Assembly (NCBI RefSeq): GCF_041600255.1
Contig: NZ_JBFIKK010000001.1
Coordinates: forward strand, 564 to 64,563
Direction of reading: 5' to 3'
DNA from: Nocardioides sp.
GTDB taxonomy: Bacteria; Actinomycetota; Actinomycetes; Propionibacteriales; Nocardioidaceae
DNA length: 64,000 bases
In this document: piece by piece, positions 1 through 10,962 of the stretch
Position numbering within the stretch: position 1 is the first letter of the stretch
Layout of the letters: each line of letters opens with the position of its first letter
Translations under genes and position numbers: made by a program
Notes under the pieces: model-generated
Seen by the model: the letters and a program-made list of their open reading frames with translations, nothing else
What the model was told of the DNA's origin: nothing
Database searches by the model: none

Positions 1-1
1 C

Positions 2-127
2 CGCGGCCGCGCCATGCTGCGCAGCGCCCTCTCCCACCGCGCGCCCGGTGAGGGCCGAGCGCGCTACTCCGGCCCGGCCGTCGAGACGTGCGGGCCGTCC
101 CTGGCCCCGACGGGGCGCGACGGATGA
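2..127 (+). CDS. sigE: ECF RNA polymerase sigma factor, SigE-like (3' end only, truncated by window edge)
   Basis: Frame 2 reads RGRAMLRSALSHRAP..., an ECF region-4 end. Its TGA (125-127) overlaps the ATG of a zinc anti-sigma gene (ATGA), followed by htrA, which is the conserved actinobacterial order. Confidence 0.6.
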   Translation, partial: RGRAMLRSALSHRAPGEGRARYSGPAVETCGPSLAPTGRDG

Positions 128-642
128 TCGGACACCTCGGCGCGCGCGTCAGCGCCCTCCTCGACGGCCAGCTCTCCGCTGCCGAGACCGAGCGCGCCTG
201 GGCGCACGTGCACGCCTGTCACCAGTGTCGCGACCGGGTCGAGCACGAGGGCTGGGTGAAGACCCAGCTGGCCGGGCTCGCGCCGACCGGCGGACACGCG
301 CCGGAGCACCTCAAGGGCGCCCTGCTCGGGGGACCCGGGGGCTGGGCAGCGGCGTCGCCCACCCTGCCCGCGGACGGTGCCTCGCGGGCACGCGCGTACG
401 GCGGGGTCGTCGCCCTGGGCAGCGGCGCGGTCGGTGCGGCGGTGCTGGGGGTGCTGGCGCTCGGCACGGCCCCGGCGGACGTGTCGCCGGCCGAGCGGCG
501 TACGCCGGCGACGCAGCTGGTCCGGCCGGCCACCACGTTCGTGCCGGTCCTCGGCCCGACCGCCCGTCCGACTGGCCAGTCGACGGGCCAGTCGACCGGC
601 CAGCCGGCTCCCGGGGACCGGCTCCGACCGAGCACCCCCTAG
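124..642 (+). CDS. rseA: Zinc-binding anti-sigma factor (zf-HC2, RseA-like) with one TM helix
   Basis: HLGARVSALLDGQL...HVHACHQC (HxxxCxxC ZAS motif), hydrophobic segment GAVGAAVLGVLAL, ATGA coupling to the upstream sigma gene. Confidence 0.85.
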   Translation: MIGHLGARVSALLDGQLSAAETERAWAHVHACHQCRDRVEHEGWVKTQLAGLAPTGGHAPEHLKGALLGGPGGWAAASPTLPADGASRARAYGGVVALGSGAVGAAVLGVLALGTAPADVSPAERRTPATQLVRPATTFVPVLGPTARPTGQSTGQSTGQPAPGDRLRPSTP

Positions 643-675
643 GCCCGGTTTCGTGCGGTGGGTCAAGATGGTCAG

Positions 676-1962
676 GTGAGCCACGACGACGACCAGCCCA
701 CCCAGCCGCTCAGCTGGGTGCCGCCCACGACGCAGCCGCTGCCGGGCAGCTGGTCCGGGTTTCCCCCGGCGGGACCGGCGACGCAGCAGGTCACGCAGCA
801 GCCGGGTCAGCACCCGGGGCAGCACCTTGGGCCGAACGGGGCGCCGTCAGGACGATCGGCCCGAGGCGTGCCCGGCTGGACCTGGCCGGCCGTGGCCGTC
901 CTCGCCCTGGTGCTGGGCCTGGTCGGCGGGGTCGTCGGCGGGCTCACCTACGACACGGTGACCGAGGCGCAGAACCCGGGCGCAGTGAGCTCCGGTCTCA
1001 ACGGCGTCGACACCGTCTGGGTGCCGCCGCTGGAGCAGGACAACGGTTCGATCGCGGCCGTGGCGCAGACCCTGCTGCCCAGCACCGTCCAGATCGCCGC
1101 CGAGTACGACGGGGACTCCGCCGGCGCGACCGGCTCGGGCTTCGTGCTCGACCGGCAGGGTCACGTGATCACCAACAACCACGTGGTCGCGCAAGCGGCG
1201 GCCGACGACGGCCTGATCGAGATCGTCGACCACGACGGCAACCGCTACGAGGCGTCGGTCGTCGGTCGCAGCACCGTCTACGACCTGGCCGTGCTGTACG
1301 CCGACGGCGTCAAGCAGCTCGAGCCGGCCGCCCTGGGCGCGTCGCAGACGCTGCGGGTGGGGGAGTCCGTGGTCGCGTTCGGTTCCCCGCTCGGCCTGAG
1401 CTCGACCGTCACCTCCGGCATCGTCAGCGCTCTGCGCCGACCCGTCACCACGGGCGACGAGAACAACGAATCCTCCTACATCAACGCCGTGCAGACCGAC
1501 GCCGCCATCAATCCGGGCAACTCCGGCGGGCCCCTGGTGAACCTTCGCGGCCAGGTCGTGGGCGTGAACTCCGCGATCGCCACCACCGGTGGCGGGCGTG
1601 CCGAGGCCGGCAACATCGGTGTCGGGTTCGCGATCCCGATCGAGCAGGTGCGGATCACCGCCGACCAGATCCTGCGCACCGGCAAGGCGCGCTACCCGGT
1701 GATCGGTGCCAAGGTGCGCACCGGCCGCGACGACGGCGTCGGGGCCGAGGTCGACGAGGTGCTGCCCGGGACCCCGGCCGAGAAGGGCGGGCTGGTCAAG
1801 GGCGACATGATCACCGAGGTCAACGGTGAGCGGGTCACCGACGGGATCGCGCTGATCGTCTCGATCCGCTCGCACCAGCCGGGAGAGACCCTGGAGTTCA
1901 CCGTGCAGCGGGGCGGCCGCGAACTGACGATCTCGGTGGAGCTGGGCTCCGAGGTCGGCTGA
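676..1962 (+). CDS. htrA: HtrA/DegP-like membrane-anchored serine protease with PDZ domain
   Basis: TM helix, TNNHVV, DLAV, QTDAAINPGNSGGPL, C-terminal PDZ (PAEKGGLVKGDMITEVNG). Start GTG 676 is uncertain. Confidence 0.95.
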   Translation: MSHDDDQPTQPLSWVPPTTQPLPGSWSGFPPAGPATQQVTQQPGQHPGQHLGPNGAPSGRSARGVPGWTWPAVAVLALVLGLVGGVVGGLTYDTVTEAQNPGAVSSGLNGVDTVWVPPLEQDNGSIAAVAQTLLPSTVQIAAEYDGDSAGATGSGFVLDRQGHVITNNHVVAQAAADDGLIEIVDHDGNRYEASVVGRSTVYDLAVLYADGVKQLEPAALGASQTLRVGESVVAFGSPLGLSSTVTSGIVSALRRPVTTGDENNESSYINAVQTDAAINPGNSGGPLVNLRGQVVGVNSAIATTGGGRAEAGNIGVGFAIPIEQVRITADQILRTGKARYPVIGAKVRTGRDDGVGAEVDEVLPGTPAEKGGLVKGDMITEVNGERVTDGIALIVSIRSHQPGETLEFTVQRGGRELTISVELGSEVG

Positions 1963-2193
1963 TCAGGAGTCGCTCTCGACGTACGGGTGCTGGTCCACGA
2001 AGGTGCGGGTCTCGGCGTACATCCGCTGGATGAACTCCTCGAGCTGGCTCGACTCGACCCGCCACTGACCCCGTCCGCCGATCTTGATCGCCGGCAGGTC
2101 GCCGCGGCGGACGAGCGCGTAGACCTGCGCGCTGGAGGTGTTGAGCACCTCGGCCACGTCGGCGAGGGTCAAGAAGCGTGGGCTGCCGGACAT
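1963..2193 (-). CDS. Small excisionase-like HTH (HTH_17) DNA-binding protein
   Basis: FLTLADVAEVLNTSSAQVYALVRRGDLPAIKIGGRGQWRV pattern. Confidence 0.9.
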   Translation of the reverse strand: MSGSPRFLTLADVAEVLNTSSAQVYALVRRGDLPAIKIGGRGQWRVESSQLEEFIQRMYAETRTFVDQHPYVESDS

Positions 2194-2308
2194 GGCCCCA
2201 TGTTCGCACCTTCCACCGGCTGATCCGGTTCACCCACTCCGGACGCTGTGGAGGACGTCCTGTGGACCGCCGTGTGCCTGCGCCGGGTCCGGCCTGCATG
2301 ATGGGCGC

Positions 2309-2944
2309 GTGGTCAGGAACTCGGGAACTCCCACCTCATCGTCGACTCCACCTGCGCTGCGGGTGCGCGCGCCCGGCTGGCGCGACCCCCGCCTATGGGT
2401 CGGCCTGCTCGTCGTCACGCTCTCCGTGGTCCTGGGCGCACGCGTCGTCGGTGCTGCCGACCGGACGATCGAGGTCTGGTCGGTCGCCGGCGACCACGTC
2501 GAGGGCGACGTGCTGGCGCCGGAGGACCTCGTCGTCGCGCGGGTGCACCTCGCCGAGGCGTCCGCGGGCTACCTGCGGGCTCAGGAGCAGCTCCCGGCCG
2601 TGATCAGGCTGACCCGGGCCGTGGCGGACGGCGAGCTGCTGCCGCGGGCGGCCGTGGGGGCCGAGGAGAGCGGCGACGAACGGCTCCGGCTCCCGATCGC
2701 CGTCGACGCTCACCTGGTGCCACCGTCGGTGGCCGCCGGGTCGGTCGTGGACGTCTACCTCGAGTCGGGTCGACCGGCGCTGTCCTCGGTGCCGGTCGTG
2801 GAGTCCCCGGCCCTGGACGCCGGCTTCGCCGCCACCGGGCGCCGACAGCTGGTGCTGGCCGTGGACGAAGGCGCGGCCCATCGCTTCTTCCGCCTCCTGG
2901 GCTCGCTCGACCAGCCCACCCTCACCGTGGTCCGGCGGGGATGA
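2309..2944 (+). CDS. SAF-domain membrane protein (CpaB/RcpC-like)
   Basis: N-terminal TM after WRDPRLWVG, SAF-like VWSVAGDHVEGDVL...LTRAVADGELLP, C-terminal VGSVVDVY motif. CATGAT -10 box just upstream of GTG 2309. Confidence 0.75.
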   Translation: MVRNSGTPTSSSTPPALRVRAPGWRDPRLWVGLLVVTLSVVLGARVVGAADRTIEVWSVAGDHVEGDVLAPEDLVVARVHLAEASAGYLRAQEQLPAVIRLTRAVADGELLPRAAVGAEESGDERLRLPIAVDAHLVPPSVAAGSVVDVYLESGRPALSSVPVVESPALDAGFAATGRRQLVLAVDEGAAHRFFRLLGSLDQPTLTVVRRG

Positions 2945-4236
2945 GCGTGCCCGCACGTCCGGTGGTGGTCCTCGTCGTCGCCAGTGGCGCCGCCTGGGAG
3001 TCCGACGCCCTGGGCCGTCTGAACGAGGAGCGCGGGATCGTGGTGCTCAAGCGGTGCGTGGACGTCGCCGACCTCCTCGCCGCCTCCAGTGCCGGCCAGG
3101 CCGACGTGGCCGTGCTGGGTCTGGAGTCGCCCGGGCTCGACCGCTCCGCCATCGACCTCCTGCGCCGGCACGGCGTCCGGCCCGTGCTGGTGCTGCCGGG
3201 CACGGTCGACGAGGAGCCGGCCCGGTTGCGGGCTGCGAGGATCGGCGTCTCCGCCCTGGTCCCGGCCACCGATCTGACGGGTCTCGTCGCCGCCGTGATC
3301 GGCCCCGGGGACGACCCGGCGTATCCGGCCGGTGCGGAGCCGCCCGCCCGAGCGGACCCGGACCCGTCCGACGCCGCCGGGCCGCGCGGCCGGGTGATCG
3401 CCGTGTGGGGTCCGGCCGGAGCTCCCGGCCGGACCACCGTCGCCGCCGGCCTCGCGGCCCTGCTCGCGGCCCGGGGGAGGGCGACCACGCTGGTCGACGC
3501 CGACCCGTACGGCGGGTCCGTGGCGCAGCAGCTGGGCATCCTGGACGAGGTGTCCGGACTGCTGGCGGCCGCTCGCCTCGCGGGCACCGGCGCGTTCGAC
3601 GAGCACGGGCGCACCCTGCCGCGCCGGATGAACAGCCGGCTGGCCGTGGTGACCGGGCTGCCGCGGGCCGACCGGTGGGTGGAGGTCCGCCCCGGCGTGC
3701 TCGAGGCCCTGCTGGACGATGCCGCCGGCCGCGGGGACGTCCTGGTGGACACCGGCTTCAGCATCGAGGACGAGCCCGGCGCCGAGTTCGGCGCCCGGCC
3801 CGGCCGCAACCACCTGACGCTGACGGCGCTGGCGAGGGCCGAGGAGGTGGTGGTCGTGGGCAGCGCCGATCCGGTCGGGCTCTCCCGACTGGCCCGGGGT
3901 CTCGTCGAGCTCCGCCCGGTCGTCGAGGGCACCCCGGTACGCGTGGTCGTGAACCGGATGCGGCCGTCCCTGGGCTGGTCGGAGAAGGAGATCGCCGGCA
4001 TGGTCACCGGCTTCCTGCGGGTGGCGGACGTGCACTTCCTGCCCGAGGACCGCGCCAGCGTGGATCGCCAACTGCTCGCCGGTCAGACCCTGGCCGAGGC
4101 CGGGGATTCGGCGCTGGGGCGCGCGCTCGACCGGGTGGTCGACGTGGTCGCTCCGGGCTCTCTGCCCTCGCCGGCGGACCGCGCCGCCCGTCGCCCGCTC
4201 AGGCGGCGAACAGCAGGTACAGCCCACCGACGGTGA
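2941..4236 (+). CDS. CpaE/TadZ/Ssd-like MinD-family P-loop protein with degenerate N-terminal receiver domain
   Basis: ATGA overlap with the SAF gene; VIAVWGPAGAPGRTT deviant Walker A; LVDADPYGG; LVDTG; receiver-like N-terminus. Confidence 0.8.
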   Translation: MSVPARPVVVLVVASGAAWESDALGRLNEERGIVVLKRCVDVADLLAASSAGQADVAVLGLESPGLDRSAIDLLRRHGVRPVLVLPGTVDEEPARLRAARIGVSALVPATDLTGLVAAVIGPGDDPAYPAGAEPPARADPDPSDAAGPRGRVIAVWGPAGAPGRTTVAAGLAALLAARGRATTLVDADPYGGSVAQQLGILDEVSGLLAAARLAGTGAFDEHGRTLPRRMNSRLAVVTGLPRADRWVEVRPGVLEALLDDAAGRGDVLVDTGFSIEDEPGAEFGARPGRNHLTLTALARAEEVVVVGSADPVGLSRLARGLVELRPVVEGTPVRVVVNRMRPSLGWSEKEIAGMVTGFLRVADVHFLPEDRASVDRQLLAGQTLAEAGDSALGRALDRVVDVVAPGSLPSPADRAARRPLRRRTAGTAHRR

Positions 4237-5542
4237 AGGCGATCATCGCGACGAGCAGGGAGAGTTGGCCGGTCAGCTGGTGGCGCTTGGGCAGCAGCTG
4301 GATCGCCCGTTCGTGGGCGGCGACCACGCCCACCACGTGTCCGAGCACCACCGCGACCACCTTGAAGTTCGCCAGCAGGGTCGGGTGGTAGGAGAGCCAG
4401 TAGTTGACGCTCCAGTCGCCGGTGCCGAGCAGGTTGCTGCCGTCGCCCAGCGGGTCGCTGGCCTGGATCAGCGTCTGCTGGCCGACCTCGAAGAGGTAGG
4501 TCAGGTAGTGGGCGAAGATGTAGCCCACGACGATCGGCACCACCGAGTGCGCGAAGAGGTCGGGCAGGTCCACCCGCCGGGTCGCCTTGTCCACGCCGGT
4601 CAGCATCGAGCCCAGGGCGAAGACCAGCCCCACGCCGGCGCAGAAGACCAGCAGCGCGAGGTTGTTGGCGACGTCCGCGAGCCAGCCGTGGTCCCGGAAG
4701 GCCGGGGTGTTCTGCAGGAAGCGCACCCAGGCGTTGGAGTCCCGGAACGAGTCGAAGGCGGTGCTCCCGAACAGCACGCTGACCACGGCGAGCAGGCCCG
4801 GCCCCACCTCGACGGTGTCCAGGTTGGCCTGCGGGCTACGGAGCACGAGCATGCCGTCGCGGCGCCCCCAGACCGACATCTTCGCGACCAGGCTCGAGTA
4901 GACCTCGAACGGGTCGCCGCGCTCGTAGAAGCGGCTGCCGAAGAGGGCGCCGCCCAGCAGCATCACCGCGAGGTACACCGCGCACCAGAGCCGGACGGCA
5001 TCCAGCTCGGTCTTGTAGGGGAAGACCAGCTCGAACCACACGAACGCGAAGAGCCCGAGGGCCGCCGGCCAGTAGCCGAGTCGCTCGGGGTAGGTGAACA
5101 CGCCGCGGTCGGGGTCGCTGCCCGACAACCGGGCGAAGAGCAGGTTGATCGTCCGGACCGGGCTGATGGCCTTCCAGACCGGTCCGAGCAGCAGCGAGAG
5201 CGGCACCAGGCCGACCCACCACCAGACGAAGAACATCCCGAAGAACGGGTTGGTGAGCAGGTCCTGGCCGAGCAGGGCCGCGACGGCGGCGTACGCCGTG
5301 ATCGCGAGGCCGAGGGCACGCAGCAGCATTCGGAAGGCCGCCGAGTCGACGATCCGGGTGGTGCCCGGAAGGACGACCCCGCCGGCGGCTCCGGCATACC
5401 GCGGCGAGCGCCAGGCGACCGCCAGCACGATGAACGAGACCGTGAGCGCCGCGACAGCGCCGGCGATGGCCAGCTCGGGGGAGAGCGGGAGGTCCTTGGC
5501 GCCGCCGATGCCGTGGGCCCCGGTCAGCCGGTCGGGCGACAC
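4199..5542 (-). CDS. Conserved polytopic membrane protein (AHGIGG..DLP family), function unknown
   Basis: About 10 hydrophobic helices; N-terminal AHGIGGAKDLPL; His-containing motifs FAHSVVPIVVGYIFAHYL and GHVVGVVAAHER. Confidence 0.8.
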   Translation of the reverse strand: MSPDRLTGAHGIGGAKDLPLSPELAIAGAVAALTVSFIVLAVAWRSPRYAGAAGGVVLPGTTRIVDSAAFRMLLRALGLAITAYAAVAALLGQDLLTNPFFGMFFVWWWVGLVPLSLLLGPVWKAISPVRTINLLFARLSGSDPDRGVFTYPERLGYWPAALGLFAFVWFELVFPYKTELDAVRLWCAVYLAVMLLGGALFGSRFYERGDPFEVYSSLVAKMSVWGRRDGMLVLRSPQANLDTVEVGPGLLAVVSVLFGSTAFDSFRDSNAWVRFLQNTPAFRDHGWLADVANNLALLVFCAGVGLVFALGSMLTGVDKATRRVDLPDLFAHSVVPIVVGYIFAHYLTYLFEVGQQTLIQASDPLGDGSNLLGTGDWSVNYWLSYHPTLLANFKVVAVVLGHVVGVVAAHERAIQLLPKRHQLTGQLSLLVAMIAFTVGGLYLLFAA

Positions 5543-5543
5543 G

Positions 5544-5906
5544 TCAGCGGACTTCGAGCTGGACGATCGTCCTGGCCGGCGAGTGCGACTCGATGTCGAC
5601 GACGCCAGGGGTCTGGATGGTCAGCTTCAGCGTGGTCGTGCCCGCGCCGTACTCCAGCTGCTGCTCCGGGCTGGAGTGCACGTGCAGCTCGCCCGCGGTG
5701 TCGGACTTCACCACCAGCTCGATCGGCGTGCCGGCCTCGATCTGGACCCGCTCGCCGTTGGGGGTCACGGAGCCGTCGGAGAAGGTGATCTCGATCGTCT
5801 GACGCTCGGGAGGGGCGCTGTCCGATGGTCCTGGGGACTCGCTGCACCCGGTGCTCAGGATGAGGGGGAGGGCGATGATCGCCGCTGCTGCCAGCAGTCG
5901 CCGCAT
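5544..5906 (-). CDS. Lipoprotein with cupredoxin-like fold
   Basis: Signal peptide with lipobox LSTG-C; GELHVH and DIESH motifs; directly upstream of the membrane protein gene (1-bp gap). Confidence 0.75.
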   Translation of the reverse strand: MRRLLAAAAIIALPLILSTGCSESPGPSDSAPPERQTIEITFSDGSVTPNGERVQIEAGTPIELVVKSDTAGELHVHSSPEQQLEYGAGTTTLKLTIQTPGVVDIESHSPARTIVQLEVR

Positions 5907-6035
5907 GTCGGGGGTTCCTGTCGATCGCTCGTGAGGGTGGGCAGGCGCCCGGGTGGACCGGCGCCTCTGCCAGAATCCCATGTGACACAACCTCTCGGGC
6001 CGCCACCCCGGCCGCACGCGACGAAAGGGCTCCGG

Positions 6036-7511
6036 ATGACCGACCGGCTCCGACCGCGGGACCTGGCCTTCCTCGCCGCGGAGTCTCCCTCGACGCCTGC
6101 GCACAACGCCACGGTCGAGATCTTCGACCCCGGCGACTCGGGGTTCGACTACCGGCGTTTCCTCGACCTCGTGCAGGACCGCATCTCCTTCGCGCCCCGC
6201 TACCGCCAGCGGCTGCAGGCCGTGCCCGGGCGCCTCGCGAACCCGGTCTGGGTCGACGACGTCGACTTCGACCTGAGCTACCACGTACGCCGCTCCGCCC
6301 TGCCGCGACCCGGGTCGCTCGACCAGCTGCGCGAGCTGGTCGGCCGGATCGTGTCGCGCCCGCTGGACCGCAACCACCCGCTGTGGGAGATGTACTTCGT
6401 GGAGGGGCTGGCCGACGGCCGGGTCGCCCTGCTCTCCAAGTCCCACCAGGCCCTCGTCGACGGCGTGCACACCGTCGACCTCGGCCAGGTGCTGCTCGAC
6501 GTCACGCAGACCCCGAAGGAGCTCGGCGGCGACCAGTGGCGTCCGCGCAGCCCGGTCAGCCCCCTGCAACTGCTCACCGGCGCGGTGCGGGACTCGGTGA
6601 CGAGCTCCACCACGACGCTCGACACCGTGCGCAGCAACGCCGAGGCGGTCCTGCGGACGGTGGAGTCCGCCAGCCACCGCACCAACCGGGTCGTCAGCGC
6701 CCTCACCGGCAGGGACCCCGAGCGTGAGTCGCCGATCAGCGGCACGCTGTCCCAGCAGCGCCGGATCGTCGTGCTCCGCACCGACCTGGCCGACTACCGC
6801 ACGGTCCGCGACGCCCACGGCGGCACCGTCAACGACGTCATCCTCGCCGCCGTCACCGGAGCGTTGCGGGGCTGGCTGATGACCCGCACCGAGTCCCTCG
6901 GCGGCCTGCGCCAGCTGCGCGCGGTGGTGCCGGTCTCGGTGGTCGACAAGGAGCTCGAGGCGACCTCGCTGGGCAGCCAGATCGCTGCCCACTTCGTCGA
7001 CCTGCCGATCGGCGAGGCCAGCCCGGTGGTCCGCCTGCACCAGGTGTCCTACTCGTTCCAGGTGCACAAGGAGACCGGTCGCGGCGTGGCGGCCAATCGG
7101 CTGGCGGGGATCGCCGGGTTCGCGCCCACGACGTTCCACGCCATCGGCGCCCGGGTGGCCGCCGACGAGGCCCGCCGGCGCGGCTTCCAGCTCAGCGTCA
7201 CCAACGTGCCCGGCCCGCAGTCGCCGCTGTACGCCGCCGGCGCCCGGATGACCGAGACCTACCCGGTCCCGCCGCTGCTGCCCGGGCACGCCCTGGCGAT
7301 CGGCGTCACGTCGTACGACGGTGGCGTGTTCTACGGCATCACCGCCGACCGGGACCTGCTGCCCGACGCCGACCTGCTCGGGCCCTGCCTGCGCGAGGCG
7401 TTGGACGAGCTGCTCGACACGGCGACCGGCGCCCGACCGAAGGTTCCGCGCGGTCGCAAGCGGGTCCCGGCCAAGCCGCGCGCGACGGCGCGCAGGACGG
7501 TGACGGACTGA
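6036..7511 (+). CDS. Wax ester synthase/diacylglycerol acyltransferase (WS/DGAT, Tgs3-like)
   Basis: DLAFLAAE, RPLDRNHPLWEMYFVEGL, KSHQALVDG, TVNDVILA, VTNVPGPQ. Confidence 0.95.
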   Translation: MTDRLRPRDLAFLAAESPSTPAHNATVEIFDPGDSGFDYRRFLDLVQDRISFAPRYRQRLQAVPGRLANPVWVDDVDFDLSYHVRRSALPRPGSLDQLRELVGRIVSRPLDRNHPLWEMYFVEGLADGRVALLSKSHQALVDGVHTVDLGQVLLDVTQTPKELGGDQWRPRSPVSPLQLLTGAVRDSVTSSTTTLDTVRSNAEAVLRTVESASHRTNRVVSALTGRDPERESPISGTLSQQRRIVVLRTDLADYRTVRDAHGGTVNDVILAAVTGALRGWLMTRTESLGGLRQLRAVVPVSVVDKELEATSLGSQIAAHFVDLPIGEASPVVRLHQVSYSFQVHKETGRGVAANRLAGIAGFAPTTFHAIGARVAADEARRRGFQLSVTNVPGPQSPLYAAGARMTETYPVPPLLPGHALAIGVTSYDGGVFYGITADRDLLPDADLLGPCLREALDELLDTATGARPKVPRGRKRVPAKPRATARRTVTD

Positions 7512-7921
7512 TGGCCGAGCGCATCTACGTGCCCCTGACCTCGACCGGCCTGGCGGCCCTGGTGGCCGAGGGACGTCTCGGCGGGCCGTTGCGCGCCCAC
7601 GCCGTCACCGACGAGCTGCGCTCGGAGTGGAGCGACGGCGATGACGAGGGCTGGGAGTACGCCGCCCTGATGGCGGCCGCGGGCAGCTGCCGGGGACTGC
7701 GCGGAGCAGGCGATCGACCGCGACGCTACGTGCTGGCCGCCGACGTGCCGTCGGTGAGCCCGGTGGCGGGCGAGGACCCCACGCTGGTCGACGTGGCCGC
7801 GGACGTGCCGTGGAAGAACGTGGCGGCCCTGCACGCGGACACCGAGGACCGTCCCGACGACGCCGACGAGGACGACGACCTGGCGTGGTTCGCCACCCAG
7901 GAGATCCAGCACCTGCTCTAG
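7511..7921 (+). CDS. Conserved actinobacterial protein (DUF6912-like)
   Basis: RIYVP..., AHAVT..LR, RRYVLAADV, C-terminal DLAWFATQEI; coupled to WS/DGAT. Confidence 0.75.
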   Translation: MAERIYVPLTSTGLAALVAEGRLGGPLRAHAVTDELRSEWSDGDDEGWEYAALMAAAGSCRGLRGAGDRPRRYVLAADVPSVSPVAGEDPTLVDVAADVPWKNVAALHADTEDRPDDADEDDDLAWFATQEIQHLL

Positions 7922-7983
7922 GTCGTCGTCGAACGCCTGCGGCTGCTTGGAGTCCGCCGGGCAGGTCTGACACGATCGCGTCC

Positions 7984-9608
<1,625 letters not shown>

Positions 9609-9612
<4 letters not shown>

Positions 9613-9708
9613 CCTGCCAGTTTCGGTTGTTGAAAGGCCGCTGACCTGCCACTTGTGGTTGTACAGATGCCGCCGACCCGTCAACCACAAGTGACGGGTC
9701 GGCGGCAT
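9609..9708. repeat. REP-like cluster: direct and inverted copies of a ~21-nt CTGACCTGCCACTTGTGGTTG motif
   Basis: CTGACCTGCCA at 9609 and 9641; inverted copy CAACCACAAGTGACGGGTCGG at 9682-9702. Confidence 0.7.
9667..9708. terminator. Perfect 17-bp hairpin between convergent pruA and OYE genes (probable bidirectional terminator)
   Basis: ATGCCGCCGACCCGTCA-accacaag-TGACGGGTCGGCGGCAT. Confidence 0.75.
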
Positions 9709-9724
9709 TGGCCGTCTCTGGGGG

Positions 9725-10798
9725 TCAGGCGGAGAGGGCCGGGTAGTCGGTGTAGCCCTCCGCGCCGCCGCCGTAGAACGTGGCCGGGTTCGGCTCGTTC
9801 AGCTCCGCATCGCCGGCCCACCGCGCGGGCAGGTCCGGGTTGGCGATGAAGAGGCGGCCCACGGCCACGGCGTCGGCCTTGTCGTCGTCCAGGATCGCCT
9901 GGGCGCTCTCCCGGGTGGTGACCGAGGCGAACCCGTCATTGGCGATCACGACGCCGCCGAAGTTCTTGCGCAGCCGCTGCGTGAGCTCCGCGTACGGGTC
10001 GGCCAGGATGCTCAGGTAGGACAGCCCCAGGGGAGCGATGCCCTCGAGGAGCGCGTCGTACGTCGCCTGTACGTCGGCCGGGTCGTCCTCGGTGGCGCCC
10101 TGGATGTTGTGGGCGGGCGAGATCCGAATGCCCACCTTGTCGGCACCGATCGCGTCGATGATCGCGCGGGTGACCTCGATGCCGAACCGGGCCCGGTTGG
10201 CGGGAGAGCCGCCGTAGAGGTCGGTGCGGTGGTTGGCGCCCGGAGCGAGGAACTGGTGGATCAGGTACCCGTTCGCTGCGTGCACCTCGACGCCGTCCAG
10301 GCCGGCCTCCATGGCGCTGCGCGCGGCGTGCACGTAGTCGGAGATCACCGCGGGGATCTCGGCGAGGTCGAGTGCTCGGGGGGTGGCGTGGGGCTGCATG
10401 CCGTCGGTCGTGAAGATCTCGCCGGGTGCCTGCAGCTGGCTCGGGGCGATGCTCTCGAGGCCGTGCTTGCTGTCCGGGTGGGCGATCCGGCCGACGTGCA
10501 TCAGCTGGACGACGATACGTCCGCCGCGCGCGTGGACGGCGTCGGCGACGCGGCGCCAGCCGGCGATCTGCTCGGGGGTGTGGATGCCCGGGGTGAACGG
10601 GTAGCCCTGGCCGATCGCGCTGGGCTGGGTGCCCTCGCTGATGATCAGGCCGGCCGTCGCCCGCTGGGCGTAGTACTCGACGGCGAGGTCGCCCGGGACG
10701 CCCTGCTCGTCTGCCCGGTTGCGGGTCAACGGCGCCATCACGAGGCGGTTGTCGAGCTGCAACGACGGGGTGGCGAGGGCGTCGAAAAGGTCAGGCAT
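9725..10798 (-). CDS. Old Yellow Enzyme / alkene reductase (NemA-like)
   Basis: NRLVMAPLTRNRA, YYAQRA, EVHAANGYLIHQFL, NHRTDLYGGS, GRLFIANPDL, TFYGGGAEGYTDYP. Confidence 0.95.
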   Translation of the reverse strand: MPDLFDALATPSLQLDNRLVMAPLTRNRADEQGVPGDLAVEYYAQRATAGLIISEGTQPSAIGQGYPFTPGIHTPEQIAGWRRVADAVHARGGRIVVQLMHVGRIAHPDSKHGLESIAPSQLQAPGEIFTTDGMQPHATPRALDLAEIPAVISDYVHAARSAMEAGLDGVEVHAANGYLIHQFLAPGANHRTDLYGGSPANRARFGIEVTRAIIDAIGADKVGIRISPAHNIQGATEDDPADVQATYDALLEGIAPLGLSYLSILADPYAELTQRLRKNFGGVVIANDGFASVTTRESAQAILDDDKADAVAVGRLFIANPDLPARWAGDAELNEPNPATFYGGGAEGYTDYPALSA

Positions 10799-10818
10799 GT
10801 GGGGCTCTCCTCCAGTTG

Positions 10819-10832
10819 GTTCAAAGCTGAAC
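10819..10832. promoter_or_regulatory. Palindrome GTTCA-N4-TGAAC just upstream of the OYE gene (possible repressor operator)
   Basis: Exact inverted 5-mers about 20 nt upstream of the OYE start codon; cognate regulator not identified. Confidence 0.35.
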
Positions 10833-10962
10833 GACGGGAGAACGGCCGCCGGGGGGCGTGGCATTCCGAACGGAGCCCGTTTGTGAGTCAGGTCTCCGTC
10901 ACCTGACCACCACCGTCCGCCGCCGACGGTGAGGCGGGAGCGCTGGGGCAGAATCGGCCACG

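Noticed and set aside
571-606. 12-nt tandem repeat (TGQS x3) in rseA and QHPG-like repeats in the htrA N-terminus
   Set aside because: Low-complexity linker expansions, with no frame-altering unit length.
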